NCBI GenBank assembly: GCA_016788565.1
Contig: JAEUSP010000064.1
Coordinates: forward strand, 289 to 64,288
From: Chlorobiota bacterium
Lineage (GTDB): Bacteria; Bacteroidota; Ignavibacteria; OLB7
Direction: 5' to 3'
DNA: 64,000 bases
The translations under genes and the position numbers were made by a program. A model generated the notes under the pieces. It saw only the letters and a program-made list of their open reading frames with translations. It did no database searches and was not told where the DNA came from. This document shows, in pieces, positions 9,997 through 18,773 of the stretch (positions are counted from its first letter, which is position 1; each line of letters begins with the position of its first letter).

Positions 9997-10593
9997 CTAA
10001 ACAACTAATTTGCCGATAGAGTATGTAAATAGGGATGATAGAGCTCCAAATACAACTCCTTGTCCAACTACCTCCCAGCCTGTTAATCCTTCGTCTATAG
10101 CAAGGGCTACTCCAACCGTAACTCCGACAACATCACCAACTGCAACCCCTATAATTGACATATCAGCAGGTGGATAATAATTTGGAGTACTATCACGCCA
10201 GTATTCGCTGCTTCCAAGTGCAACATTGCTAATCACTTTAAAAACAGAATTAACGACATTACTATCAATAGCAGCCGAATCATGGATTGTTTTAATTTGG
10301 GCAGCAAATACTGATAGATTTGTTGTCCCTCGTTCCCAATGATCAGTTGATGAATTATAATAATTATCAAAAACAGAAGCATATTGATATAGGTATGATT
10401 TTTCAGTTGAATTAATCAATCCTTGTGTCAAGAAGCTATCAGCAAATCGTCGGAACTGATTTGGCGATCTTAATTTCTCACCTGAATTTATAGCCGCATT
10501 TAATTGCGAATCCAAAAAATAATTGTGCCAAGCACCAGCTTGATCCAAGCCTTGTTGTGAAAAAAGGCTTCCAGACGGTTTTGGGTAGCTCAT
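9997..10593 (-). CDS. Hypothetical protein with C-terminal glycine-zipper hydrophobic helices. It could be a membrane-active bacteriocin or toxin-like protein; encoded in an AT-rich island
   Basis: There is no signal peptide. The C-terminus reads 'IIGVAVGDVVGVTVGVALA...GWEVVGQGVVFGALSSLF', giving GxxxGxxxGxxxG motifs. It is co-oriented with the gene at 8943..9881. Confidence 0.5.
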   Translation of the reverse strand: MSYPKPSGSLFSQQGLDQAGAWHNYFLDSQLNAAINSGEKLRSPNQFRRFADSFLTQGLINSTEKSYLYQYASVFDNYYNSSTDHWERGTTNLSVFAAQIKTIHDSAAIDSNVVNSVFKVISNVALGSSEYWRDSTPNYYPPADMSIIGVAVGDVVGVTVGVALAIDEGLTGWEVVGQGVVFGALSSLFTYSIGKLVV

Positions 10594-11028
10594 GACGTGT
10601 CTCCTTATGTAGGTCTATTGATGTTTTTCTCAACAATGTTGAGTTGTTTTTTTTCTCTTGCAAATTTTCTCATCTTCTCCATTTTCATTGGAGCAACTAG
10701 AACAATGAGAGAAATATCCCCCTCTTTGTTTTACTCTAGGGGGCTGTGCGGTTTATCTTCCGGTTGTAGTTAGAAGACCCTTTGCTTCATCAAACCCTAC
10801 CCGTGAAAGCTATCGCCCCGTTATAGTATATAACACCACTTTGCTCTGAACGGTCACATTAATTTTCTGTAATGAAGCATCGGGTTGACGATCTGTTATT
10901 GTCAGAATGTTCATTGCTCCGTAAGACGCTTCCCCCCGCTCCGTAAGACCTGGCGGCTACCTTGAATGGAGTTCAATGCAATTCCGCATTGCCAAACCAG
11001 ATATTCAAACCTAGCCGAACAACTAACT

Positions 11029-12300
11029 ATGAACCAGACAACATTACGAAGCACACGCCGCCGCCGTTGGGGGCTTCACCACTTGATCTATCTACTGATG
11101 CTGGCCGTTGCGGCCTTGCACGCCGGGGGCTGCACCCCCACACCAAGCGCGCCGGAAGGAGAAGATTCCTTTGATGTGGTCAACATCGCCGTGTGGGATG
11201 GGGCCTGGAAGGACCCGCAGGTAAAAGCACACAACTTCTTTGGCGGATTGGGCGCGGTTCGGTGCATCCGCCAGTCGCCAGTGAACCCGAATGACCTGTT
11301 GATTGCCGGGAATTTTGGCTTTTTTGAGCATGTTGCAAATAACAATTGGGAGGATGGGAAGGTTAATGGGCTTGTCCTGCTTTCATTACGCGCCGGGTTC
11401 CGTCCGCTTGAGCAAGAGGGGCGCGACCAGAGCACAGCTAATTTCTACACCGCCGAGTTCACCACCGTGAACGTCCCCTACTACTATGCTGGCGGGGTTG
11501 TCACTATGCCGTACCCGGGCAACGATACCGTCACCGGTGCCGGGCGGTTTGCTGATGATGAGCGGTATTGGAGTCAGTTCAATCCCGAATTCCCGCTGGT
11601 TGGCAACGTCTATGCAATGGCGCGGCAGGGGAACACACTCTTCATCGGTGGCGATTTTGCATCCCCCGGGATGATGGAAAACTCCGGCGCGCTTCTCCAG
11701 TATGACCTTGTCTCGCAACAACTGAGCAGCATGGCCACGGGGTATAGTGCTCCGCCTACCTACACGGCTGTTCGGGCACTGGAAGCCGATGGAAACGGGG
11801 TGATAGCTGGAGGGCTGTTTTATCAGATGGGTGGGGTCACGGTCAACAATATCGCCCGCTGGAACGGCAGCAGTTGGGAGGCAATCGGGGATGGAATCCA
11901 GGGGACAGTGTATGATATTATCCGGCACAACGGCACGCTCTACATCGCCGGGATGTTCTACCCCAGCGGCTACGATGGCTACGGAATTTGCGCCCGCTGG
12001 GATGGCAGCACATGGAAGCTGGTTGGCCCCGTGTTCCAGCACGGAAGCGATTACGGAAATGAGGGCTACGCGCTGGCATCGTTCCAGGGGAAGCTGATTA
12101 TTGGGGGGCATTTCAGAAAACTTGGCGGAGTAACCGTGAACAACATTGCGCAGTTATCGCAGTCGGGGAATACGTGGGAACCGCTGGCCGGAGGGGGCAT
12201 TCAAGGCCCTGATGTCGAGGAAGAGCGGGTAAACACTTTGTGCGTTGTCAGCGACCGTTTGTACATCGGTGGGACATTCGATAAGGCGCGTGTTCAGTAG
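11029..12300 (+). CDS. Beta-propeller repeat lipoprotein (delta-60-type repeats)
   Basis: Repeated 'GG.F..(M/L)GGVTVNNIA(R/Q)W(N/D)GS.WE..G.G' units. The likely start is the ATG at 11029, which gives a signal/lipobox-like N-terminus (LMLAVAALHAGGC). The ORF in the track starts at 10966. Confidence 0.55.
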   Translation: MNQTTLRSTRRRRWGLHHLIYLLMLAVAALHAGGCTPTPSAPEGEDSFDVVNIAVWDGAWKDPQVKAHNFFGGLGAVRCIRQSPVNPNDLLIAGNFGFFEHVANNNWEDGKVNGLVLLSLRAGFRPLEQEGRDQSTANFYTAEFTTVNVPYYYAGGVVTMPYPGNDTVTGAGRFADDERYWSQFNPEFPLVGNVYAMARQGNTLFIGGDFASPGMMENSGALLQYDLVSQQLSSMATGYSAPPTYTAVRALEADGNGVIAGGLFYQMGGVTVNNIARWNGSSWEAIGDGIQGTVYDIIRHNGTLYIAGMFYPSGYDGYGICARWDGSTWKLVGPVFQHGSDYGNEGYALASFQGKLIIGGHFRKLGGVTVNNIAQLSQSGNTWEPLAGGGIQGPDVEEERVNTLCVVSDRLYIGGTFDKARVQ

Positions 12301-12367
12301 AAGGTGGTTTGCAATCTGATGCCAGATTTGCGCACGCAGTCGGTATTGGAGTAAGTGTGAGAGAAAT

Positions 12368-12403
12368 ACAACGCCCTGCTGGAAATTTTCAGCAGGGCGT
12401 TGA
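12368..12403. terminator. Hairpin between convergent genes, probably a bidirectional terminator
   Basis: 'aacgccctgctg' pairs with 'cagcagggcgtt' across a 'gaaatttt' loop. The arms nearly match the terminator at 6310-6347. Confidence 0.45.
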
Positions 12404-12424
12404 AATGTACGGCTACCCGTTTCG

Positions 12425-13282
12425 CTACCCCAGTTGCAGTTCCCCGGTCATCATCACTGTGGCATCGCCTTCTAAAAAAACATTCTGGATGGAGTCCTCT
12501 TCTACGGTGAAACCGACGTACAGCGTCGCGCCGCTGGTGGTCGTCACCGCAACCGATTCCGCCAAGCCATAACGTCCGGCCGCAACAATTGCCGAGGCGA
12601 TTGCCCCGGTTCCACACGCTCCAGTTTCCGCCTCGACTCCACGCTCGAACGTCCGAAGCAGAATGCCGGAGCGATCCCCCGTTGCTTGCACAAAGTTTGC
12701 GTTTGCTCCCCCGGGCCGGAACGCTTCGTGGTGCCGCACCGCTTCCCCCCACCGTGCCACATCAAGCTCCGAAAGGTGCGTTGGTTGTTCGCCGGAAAGG
12801 TCCTCCAGAAAAAGGATTGCGTGGGGCGTTCCAACATCAACAAATTGGTAGGGCTGGCTGGTGCCGAACAGAACAAACGATTGATGAAGCCGAACCAACC
12901 CAGGGCTGGGAAACCGAACCAACACGCCACGCTCGGTAAGCCGTGCTTGGTAATTGACCCCAGCATTCGAGAATGTGATAGAGTCAGGATTCTGGACGAA
13001 GCCGTGGTCGGCAGCAAACCGGACTGCGCAGCGTCCGCCATTGCCACACATCATACCGGTTGAGCCATCGCGGTTGAAGTAGAGCATGGTGAAATCAAGG
13101 GGGCTGGAAGGATTGTTGGCGGGGGCAATCGCCATAAAGCCATCGGCACCACCATGGCCTTGTTCTTCCGAGCAGATCAGCGGGGCCAGCAGCCCCAGAT
13201 CGGCATCGGGTGGAAGCTGGCGGCTATCGGCAACGATGAAGGTGTTCCCAGCACCGGACATTTTTTGAAATGGAACGATCAT
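12425..13282 (-). CDS. dapF: Diaminopimelate epimerase
   Basis: N-terminal 'KMSGAGNTFIVAD' and the catalytic 'CGNG.RC' motif. The start was moved to the internal Met (MIVPFQKMSG), by homology with DapF N-termini. Confidence 0.85.
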   Translation of the reverse strand: MIVPFQKMSGAGNTFIVADSRQLPPDADLGLLAPLICSEEQGHGGADGFMAIAPANNPSSPLDFTMLYFNRDGSTGMMCGNGGRCAVRFAADHGFVQNPDSITFSNAGVNYQARLTERGVLVRFPSPGLVRLHQSFVLFGTSQPYQFVDVGTPHAILFLEDLSGEQPTHLSELDVARWGEAVRHHEAFRPGGANANFVQATGDRSGILLRTFERGVEAETGACGTGAIASAIVAAGRYGLAESVAVTTTSGATLYVGFTVEEDSIQNVFLEGDATVMMTGELQLG

Positions 13283-13483
13283 GCCGCAAAATAGCACGAT
13301 TGTGCAGGCGGTGGATTGCCTCACGGATTACCTCACCCGCTCCCTTTCTGCAAGGCTGGTGGCCATATCCTTTTTGCCGTATCTTTTTACTGTGATCCTT
13401 GACCCACGGAACCCGTTCTTGTTATGACTATGCTGTCGCTGTTTTCAACCTTGTTTTCAACCTTCGTCATCGCTACCGATTTC

Positions 13484-14278
13484 ATGCGTTTGTTGGCTGC
13501 TTCCCTCCTCTTCGCAGTGTTGCTGGTCTGCTCTGCCGGGGCGCAAATTGGCGTTGCACAAGATTCTTCCCTGGCCGCCGCCAGCGACCCGTTCGACACC
13601 ATTCTTGTTGATGCCACCTACGTCCCCTGCACCGACACCACCGAGTCGCTGCTGATTTTCACCAGTGGGCGGGGGATTTATGCGCGGGGGAAGGAAGGGG
13701 CACTTTTCTCCATCACAACCGGGCTGGTGGATGACATGAAAGATGCCGTGCAGCAAGCGCAATCGGCAACCGACACGGCGTCGTTGGATAGCTGCACCAC
13801 CGTTGGGGTGATTCTGGCCGGCCCGCGATTTCTGCTGATCAACAACAGTGCCCCCACCAAGCAGACGAAGCCGATTCAGGTGCGATTAGAGCGGTTGCGG
13901 AAGTTTGCGCGGAAAAAATTAGAGAGCGCGATGGAGCGATTATCGGAAACCAGTTCGCAGGAACCGGACACGGCAATCGTGACGTTGCCGGAAGTAGCGA
14001 TGGAGGAACTACGGCGGAACATGAACAACTCACCCATCACCACCGAATGGCGCTGCAAAGGGACAGTGACGGTGCGCGCGTACATTGGCCGTGAAGGTGA
14101 GGCGCGCCGGGCGTTTGTGAGCGATGTGGAGGTGAAAGGGAAATGCGGTGCGTTGCTGGTGACATCGGCACTGCGTGGCGTTTTGCGGACCCGTTTCAAG
14201 CCGGCCACCAAACGGAATGGCCGCCCAACGTCGGCGTGGGTGGATGTTCCGGTGCAATTTCAATACAAGCGGCGGTGA
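13484..14278 (+). CDS. TonB-family energy transducer (C-terminal TonB domain)
   Basis: N-terminal hydrophobic anchor (MRLLAASLLFAVLLVCSAGAQ). The C-terminal ~80 aa resemble TonB_C ('VTVRAYIGREGEA..DVEV...GALLVTSALRGVLRTRFKPA..NGRP...WVDVPVQF'). Confidence 0.55.
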   Translation: MRLLAASLLFAVLLVCSAGAQIGVAQDSSLAAASDPFDTILVDATYVPCTDTTESLLIFTSGRGIYARGKEGALFSITTGLVDDMKDAVQQAQSATDTASLDSCTTVGVILAGPRFLLINNSAPTKQTKPIQVRLERLRKFARKKLESAMERLSETSSQEPDTAIVTLPEVAMEELRRNMNNSPITTEWRCKGTVTVRAYIGREGEARRAFVSDVEVKGKCGALLVTSALRGVLRTRFKPATKRNGRPTSAWVDVPVQFQYKRR

Positions 14279-14389
14279 GCGAAAAAGGCTGCAACGGTGT
14301 GGCGATTGTGCCTGAGTAACAAGCCCTTCCATCCCCAACAAAATCCCTTATCTTCGCGTCAAGTTTTTTTGCAGCAGCAAACACAATCC

Positions 14390-15310
14390 ATGGGCAACCT
14401 TGCGGTGATAGATAACGAGTATGCAGCAACGGTCACGCAGCAATCGCGGACCAGCTTCTACTACTCCTTCTCATTGCTCCCGCGCGACGAGCGGCAGGCG
14501 ATGCACTCGGTGTATGCCTTCTGCCGCTATGCCGATGACATTGTTGATGAAGATGACACCCTGGAATCGGAATCACAGCCCGCCGCGCCGGAGCAACGGA
14601 TTGCCCGCAAACGTGAGCGGCTGAACCGCCTGCGGGCCGAGGTGGAACGATGCTACAACGGCGAATCGCGCCACCCCATCACCCGCTCACTTTCGGCAGT
14701 GGTGAAGCGGTTCAACATCCCCAAACAGTACTTCCTGACGTTGCTGGATGGAGTGGAGATGGACTTGGTGAAAAACCGCTATGAGACGTTCGAGGAATTG
14801 CGGGAATACTGCTACAGCGTAGCATCGGTGGTGGGGCTTATTTGCATCGAGATTTTTGGATATAAGTACGAAGAGACCAAGGAGTATGCCGTCAATCTTG
14901 GAATTGCCTTGCAGCTGACGAACATCCTGCGCGACGTGAAATCAGATGCCGAACGTGGACGCATCTACTTGCCGATGGAGGACCTTCGGGCGTTCGGCTA
15001 CACCGAGCGGGACGTTCTGGAGAACAGCTACAACTTGCCTTTCATCGAACTGATGCGATTCCAGACCCGCCGCGCCCGCCAGTACTACGGGCGCGCCCGC
15101 GCCGCGCTTCGCCCCGACGAACGCCGCACGATGTTCGCTGCCGAGATTATGGACGCTATCTACTACCGAATGCTGGAAAAAATTGAGTTGAACGAGTTCG
15201 ACATCTATCGCCGTAAAATCTCGGTCCGCACGCCGCACAAATTGTGGATTGCGTTCAAGTTGTGGCTTGTCACCCGTGTGCTCACCAACCGGAAATCAGC
15301 GGCAAAGTAG
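14390..15310 (+). CDS. crtB: Phytoene/squalene synthase family (CrtB-like)
   Basis: The first Asp-rich motif is 'YAFCRYADDIVDE'. The second is 'LQLTNILRDVKSDAERGRIYLP'. This is the trans-isoprenyl diphosphate synthase head-to-head fold. Confidence 0.8.
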   Translation: MGNLAVIDNEYAATVTQQSRTSFYYSFSLLPRDERQAMHSVYAFCRYADDIVDEDDTLESESQPAAPEQRIARKRERLNRLRAEVERCYNGESRHPITRSLSAVVKRFNIPKQYFLTLLDGVEMDLVKNRYETFEELREYCYSVASVVGLICIEIFGYKYEETKEYAVNLGIALQLTNILRDVKSDAERGRIYLPMEDLRAFGYTERDVLENSYNLPFIELMRFQTRRARQYYGRARAALRPDERRTMFAAEIMDAIYYRMLEKIELNEFDIYRRKISVRTPHKLWIAFKLWLVTRVLTNRKSAAK

Positions 15311-15404
15311 GAAGTGGCTTCTGCTTCGGTGCTCCTGGCCAGCTTCCCGGTGAGTTGCGTGATTCTCTGTTCCTCCCCTAACTCTATCATCAACCGTTGG
15401 TCGC

Positions 15405-16775
15405 TTGAAATCCAACCGTAACCAGATTCTGCTCATTCTTGGCTGTACGCTTCTGGCGTATGTACTGATTGCGTTTGTGCTGTTCGCCGATATGCCGTTG
15501 CGCTCGGATGCCGCCGGTTACTCCAAACAAGCCATTGCAATCGCCGCCACATTCCCCGGCAACGAAGCCTACTACTGGCCGCCGGCGATGCCGTACATTT
15601 TGGCGGCGGCCTACAATCTGTTTGGGGAGAGCCTTGCGGTTGCAAGAGGGGTCAATATCCTTCTGTGCGTGCTGATGGTTTATGCTGCAATACTGCTAAC
15701 GACCGAAGCCACCAACGATCCACAAAAAGGGAGAATTGCGGGATGGATGGCCGCACTCTATCCAGCATCATTCCTGATGGCGGGACAAACATACAGCCAG
15801 CATCTAACCGCTGCCGGATTGATGCTAACCGGATACTGGTTGCTGATTGCCTACCGGCGCGGAAACGTAGGGTGGTATCTGCTGGCCGGAATCGCGTTGG
15901 GGGGAACGGCGTTGGCGCGGTCGTCGGCCATGAGCTTGCTTCCCGCGCTGGGGATATTGGCTGGCGTTGCCTACTGGCGGCTTCGGCGGAATCCTGAACA
16001 AGCTGTGGTTGCCACACGCAAATCACTGATCCCCGGCTCGCTTCTGTTTCTGGTTGGCACTGCGTTGCTTGTGATTCCGGTGATGCTCCATAACGTGAAG
16101 CATGGTGCTGGCTGGAATATCTCAACCAAGGACGAAAGCAACGTGCTGGTGGGAAATTGCAAGTACACCCACCATTATAAAACCAACCAGTTAGCCGTCC
16201 GCGATTTTTCTTTGATGGAGCCGGAAGTCCGCGAGTACCTGATACGAATGCGGGACCTTCCGAACGCACGAAGCGCGATGATGAAGGAGGCGGTGGAGTA
16301 TGTGATTGCCCACCCGGGCATCACCGCATGGCGGACGCTAAGCCGAATCCGTGCCTTCTGGGGATTCGATTACATGCTTGCGCGCGAGACCCAAAACCAG
16401 TATCAGTTATCGAACCTCCAGATGCTGATTCCGCTATCGCTGGAAGCTGGCGGGTATGTGCTGATGATGATCGGGGTGCTGCTCGGCTTGTTCTTTGCTC
16501 GCCGCCTGCTATCGCCCCCGGCAACCACACTGCTGCTGGTGATGGCCATTGGCTACCAAGTCCCCTACATGTTGGTGTATGCTGCGGGAACCTACCATTT
16601 CCCTGCGGTGTTTCTGCTGCTCCCGATTTCCTGCGTGGGTTGGATTTGGACCTTGCAGCAGTGGCGGCAACGCTGGCCAGTGATTGCCCGGCGACGGTGG
16701 TTCTGGGCTGCGGTCGCGCTGTTCGTGCTGGTGCAAATTGAGTATGGCTACTGGGCGATTACCATGCAGCAGTAG
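15405..16775 (+). CDS. Polytopic membrane glycosyltransferase, GT39/ArnT/PMT-like
   Basis: Ten or more predicted TM helices, a periplasmic-loop-rich architecture and an N-terminal 'D..G' region typical of 4-amino-4-deoxy-L-arabinose/mannosyltransferase-like enzymes. Confidence 0.5.
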   Translation: MKSNRNQILLILGCTLLAYVLIAFVLFADMPLRSDAAGYSKQAIAIAATFPGNEAYYWPPAMPYILAAAYNLFGESLAVARGVNILLCVLMVYAAILLTTEATNDPQKGRIAGWMAALYPASFLMAGQTYSQHLTAAGLMLTGYWLLIAYRRGNVGWYLLAGIALGGTALARSSAMSLLPALGILAGVAYWRLRRNPEQAVVATRKSLIPGSLLFLVGTALLVIPVMLHNVKHGAGWNISTKDESNVLVGNCKYTHHYKTNQLAVRDFSLMEPEVREYLIRMRDLPNARSAMMKEAVEYVIAHPGITAWRTLSRIRAFWGFDYMLARETQNQYQLSNLQMLIPLSLEAGGYVLMMIGVLLGLFFARRLLSPPATTLLLVMAIGYQVPYMLVYAAGTYHFPAVFLLLPISCVGWIWTLQQWRQRWPVIARRRWFWAAVALFVLVQIEYGYWAITMQQ

Positions 16776-16922
16776 AAGGCTTCTGCGTCAGATTTTTCTG
16801 CAACGATCCCTTCGGCCATGTGTTGATTGAACCAACGGCAGTGGTTATACTATCCCTGGTTATACTATCTGCCGAATCCACAATCCTGTTGACCGTTCAA
16901 CTACTTCTACCAACCGACCGCA

Positions 16923-18023
16923 ATGAACACAACCCTTGCCGCCCGATGGATATTTCTTGCATCTCTCACTCTGCTTCTCCTCTCCTGCTCAGGCAAAGGG
17001 GATGATGTGGTTGATCCCAAAAGTGGAGATAGAAAGGAGATGGCATTCGTTGCCGTGGAGGGGAACGGCGGCGACGATCTGACCCGATTTAACGAAGCCG
17101 CCCAAACGGCTGATGTAGGGGAATATGCCAAGTCCAACGGTGCCCCCCTGGGCAAAACGATTGATGCCATATTCGAGGCGAACGAACGGCTGTACTTGCA
17201 TCATCGCGGGCTTGGCGAAATCAGCGTGCTGGATCTGAAAACTCGCAAGCTAATCGGGACGATTACCGGATTCCCCAACGGCACGGCCGGGGCATTGTGC
17301 GGAATGGCGTTCAGCAACGTTTCGCAGGCGTGGGGGATATGCTACGGATCGAACAACCTCTATCTGATTGATGCCATCAACCTCAACATCGCCCGCATCA
17401 TCCCGCTGCCGGGAAATCCCACGGCGGTGGGGACGGTGAAAAACAAAGTATTTGTTGGAATGGTGATGCCCGACGGCAGCGCGAAAGTTGCGGTGTTCAG
17501 CAGCAACGGCGGTGAGTATCCAATCGAGCACCAGCTGGATATGCCGACCGCGCCAATCTACATTTTTGGCAACCCCGATGGCCAGCAAATGGTGGTGCTA
17601 ACCTCCGGCAACCCCGGTACCGATACCGCCATTGCCGATGATGACGTGCGCCCAATGCTCCACTATATCCTTCTTTCCACCATGACTGTGGATGGAGTAT
17701 CAACCATCGAGGTCCCCTCGCTAGATCGCTACATCGGCCAAGAACCAAATTTCGCAGCACGCACAAAGGACTACCTTCTCTACATCGCCACACCGATTGG
17801 TGTCTCACTGGCGGAAACTGCGGGGCGTGGGGTGTTTCCACTTTGGTTGCCTGGCGATTTCCGCGTGTTGGGTGCCGACTATTACAGCAGCATGGTGTAT
17901 ATCTACGACCCCGCAACCGCATCGGTGCGCCGATTGCTGGCCGATGCTACCGAGTACACCCCAACCACCTTTGGTGGTGCGGTTCGTGCGGTTCAGTTCG
18001 TTAATGCTAACGCAGTTCAATAA
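16923..18023 (+). CDS. Hypothetical lipoprotein, possibly a YVTN-type beta-propeller
   Basis: Signal peptide plus lipobox (LLLLSCSGKG). Repeated 'LY..D.....(I/V)..I.LPG.P' segments. Confidence 0.45.
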   Translation: MNTTLAARWIFLASLTLLLLSCSGKGDDVVDPKSGDRKEMAFVAVEGNGGDDLTRFNEAAQTADVGEYAKSNGAPLGKTIDAIFEANERLYLHHRGLGEISVLDLKTRKLIGTITGFPNGTAGALCGMAFSNVSQAWGICYGSNNLYLIDAINLNIARIIPLPGNPTAVGTVKNKVFVGMVMPDGSAKVAVFSSNGGEYPIEHQLDMPTAPIYIFGNPDGQQMVVLTSGNPGTDTAIADDDVRPMLHYILLSTMTVDGVSTIEVPSLDRYIGQEPNFAARTKDYLLYIATPIGVSLAETAGRGVFPLWLPGDFRVLGADYYSSMVYIYDPATASVRRLLADATEYTPTTFGGAVRAVQFVNANAVQ

Positions 18024-18039
18024 AAAAAACCGGCTCATC

Positions 18040-18250
18040 TCAAGTTATACTCGCACGAACGTGGTTTGCGACAAAACCCGCGCTGTCATTCCCGCGAAAG
18101 CGGGAATCCACACCACACCTGGCTGAGTAGAGTTTCGCAAACCAATTTGCGCCGAGTATAGTGTACAACGGCCACCGAATCCTGCCCCCGCTCATGCTGA
18201 GCCCGTCGAAGTATGAGCGGAGCCACCGAATATAGATGCTACGGATGCCC
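18040..18250. repeat. Intergenic repeat cluster: a palindromic 'ATTCCCgcgaaagcGGGAAT' element with flanking repeat arms (related to 29530-29645), then module C copy 3 (18185-18235)
   Basis: 'aacgtggtttgcgacaaaacccgcgctgtcattcccgcgaaagcgggaatcca' matches the reverse complement of 29585-29640. Module C is seen in the reverse orientation. Confidence 0.7.
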
Positions 18251-18341
18251 ACCTACCACGCAGGCTAACTGTAGCTGAGCCAAAACTTCTTGCAAACCAC
18301 TTTGTTTGGAGTAAAATCCGAACAAATAGCCAAACCCAACA

Positions 18342-18767
18342 ATGCCCTCATTTTGCATTACCGAGCGTGTCCGGTGGATTGATTGCGATGCCGCAAAAAT
18401 TATCTATTACGGCGCGTATATTCGGTTTTTTGAAATTGCCGAGACCGAGATGTACCGCTCGGTTGGCCTCCCCTACTCAGCCGCGTTCGATACCTTGAAG
18501 TGCTTCCCAATTCGCGCGGAATATCACTGTAATTACAAAACTCCTGCATTGTTGGATGACCTGATGGAAATTTCTATTTGGGTTAGCCATTGGGGAACAA
18601 CATCGTTCACAATCTCCTTCCGTTTTCTCCGTGCTGAAACTGATGTTGTGCTGGCGGAAGGATACTGCCGGTTGGTCACGGTTGGGATTCACGACAAGAA
18701 AAAAATGCCAATTCCTGATTTGCTTCGCCAGAAATTAGCACGATATTCGGGCGAAGTGGAAGAATAG
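18342..18767 (+). CDS. Acyl-CoA thioesterase, 4HBT/YbgC-FadM family
   Basis: Hot-dog-fold signature 'RVRWIDCDAAKIIYYGAYIRFFEIAETEMYRSVG'. Confidence 0.7.
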   Translation: MPSFCITERVRWIDCDAAKIIYYGAYIRFFEIAETEMYRSVGLPYSAAFDTLKCFPIRAEYHCNYKTPALLDDLMEISIWVSHWGTTSFTISFRFLRAETDVVLAEGYCRLVTVGIHDKKKMPIPDLLRQKLARYSGEVEE

Positions 18768-18773
18768 AAAAAC

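Noticed and set aside
10600-10965. Possible tRNA or small RNA in the intergenic region before the propeller gene
   Set aside because: No cloverleaf-compatible sequence (no GTTC-type T-arm with acceptor pairing) was found. There is only a short direct repeat 'gctccgtaagac' x2.
18096-18116. Using the dRS3-like ATTCCC-N8-GGGAAT palindrome as evidence for Neisseria origin
   Set aside because: The gene content (T9SS CTDs, about 60% GC, PorP/SprF-like, delta-60 propellers) is incompatible with Neisseria. Only the palindrome architecture is similar.
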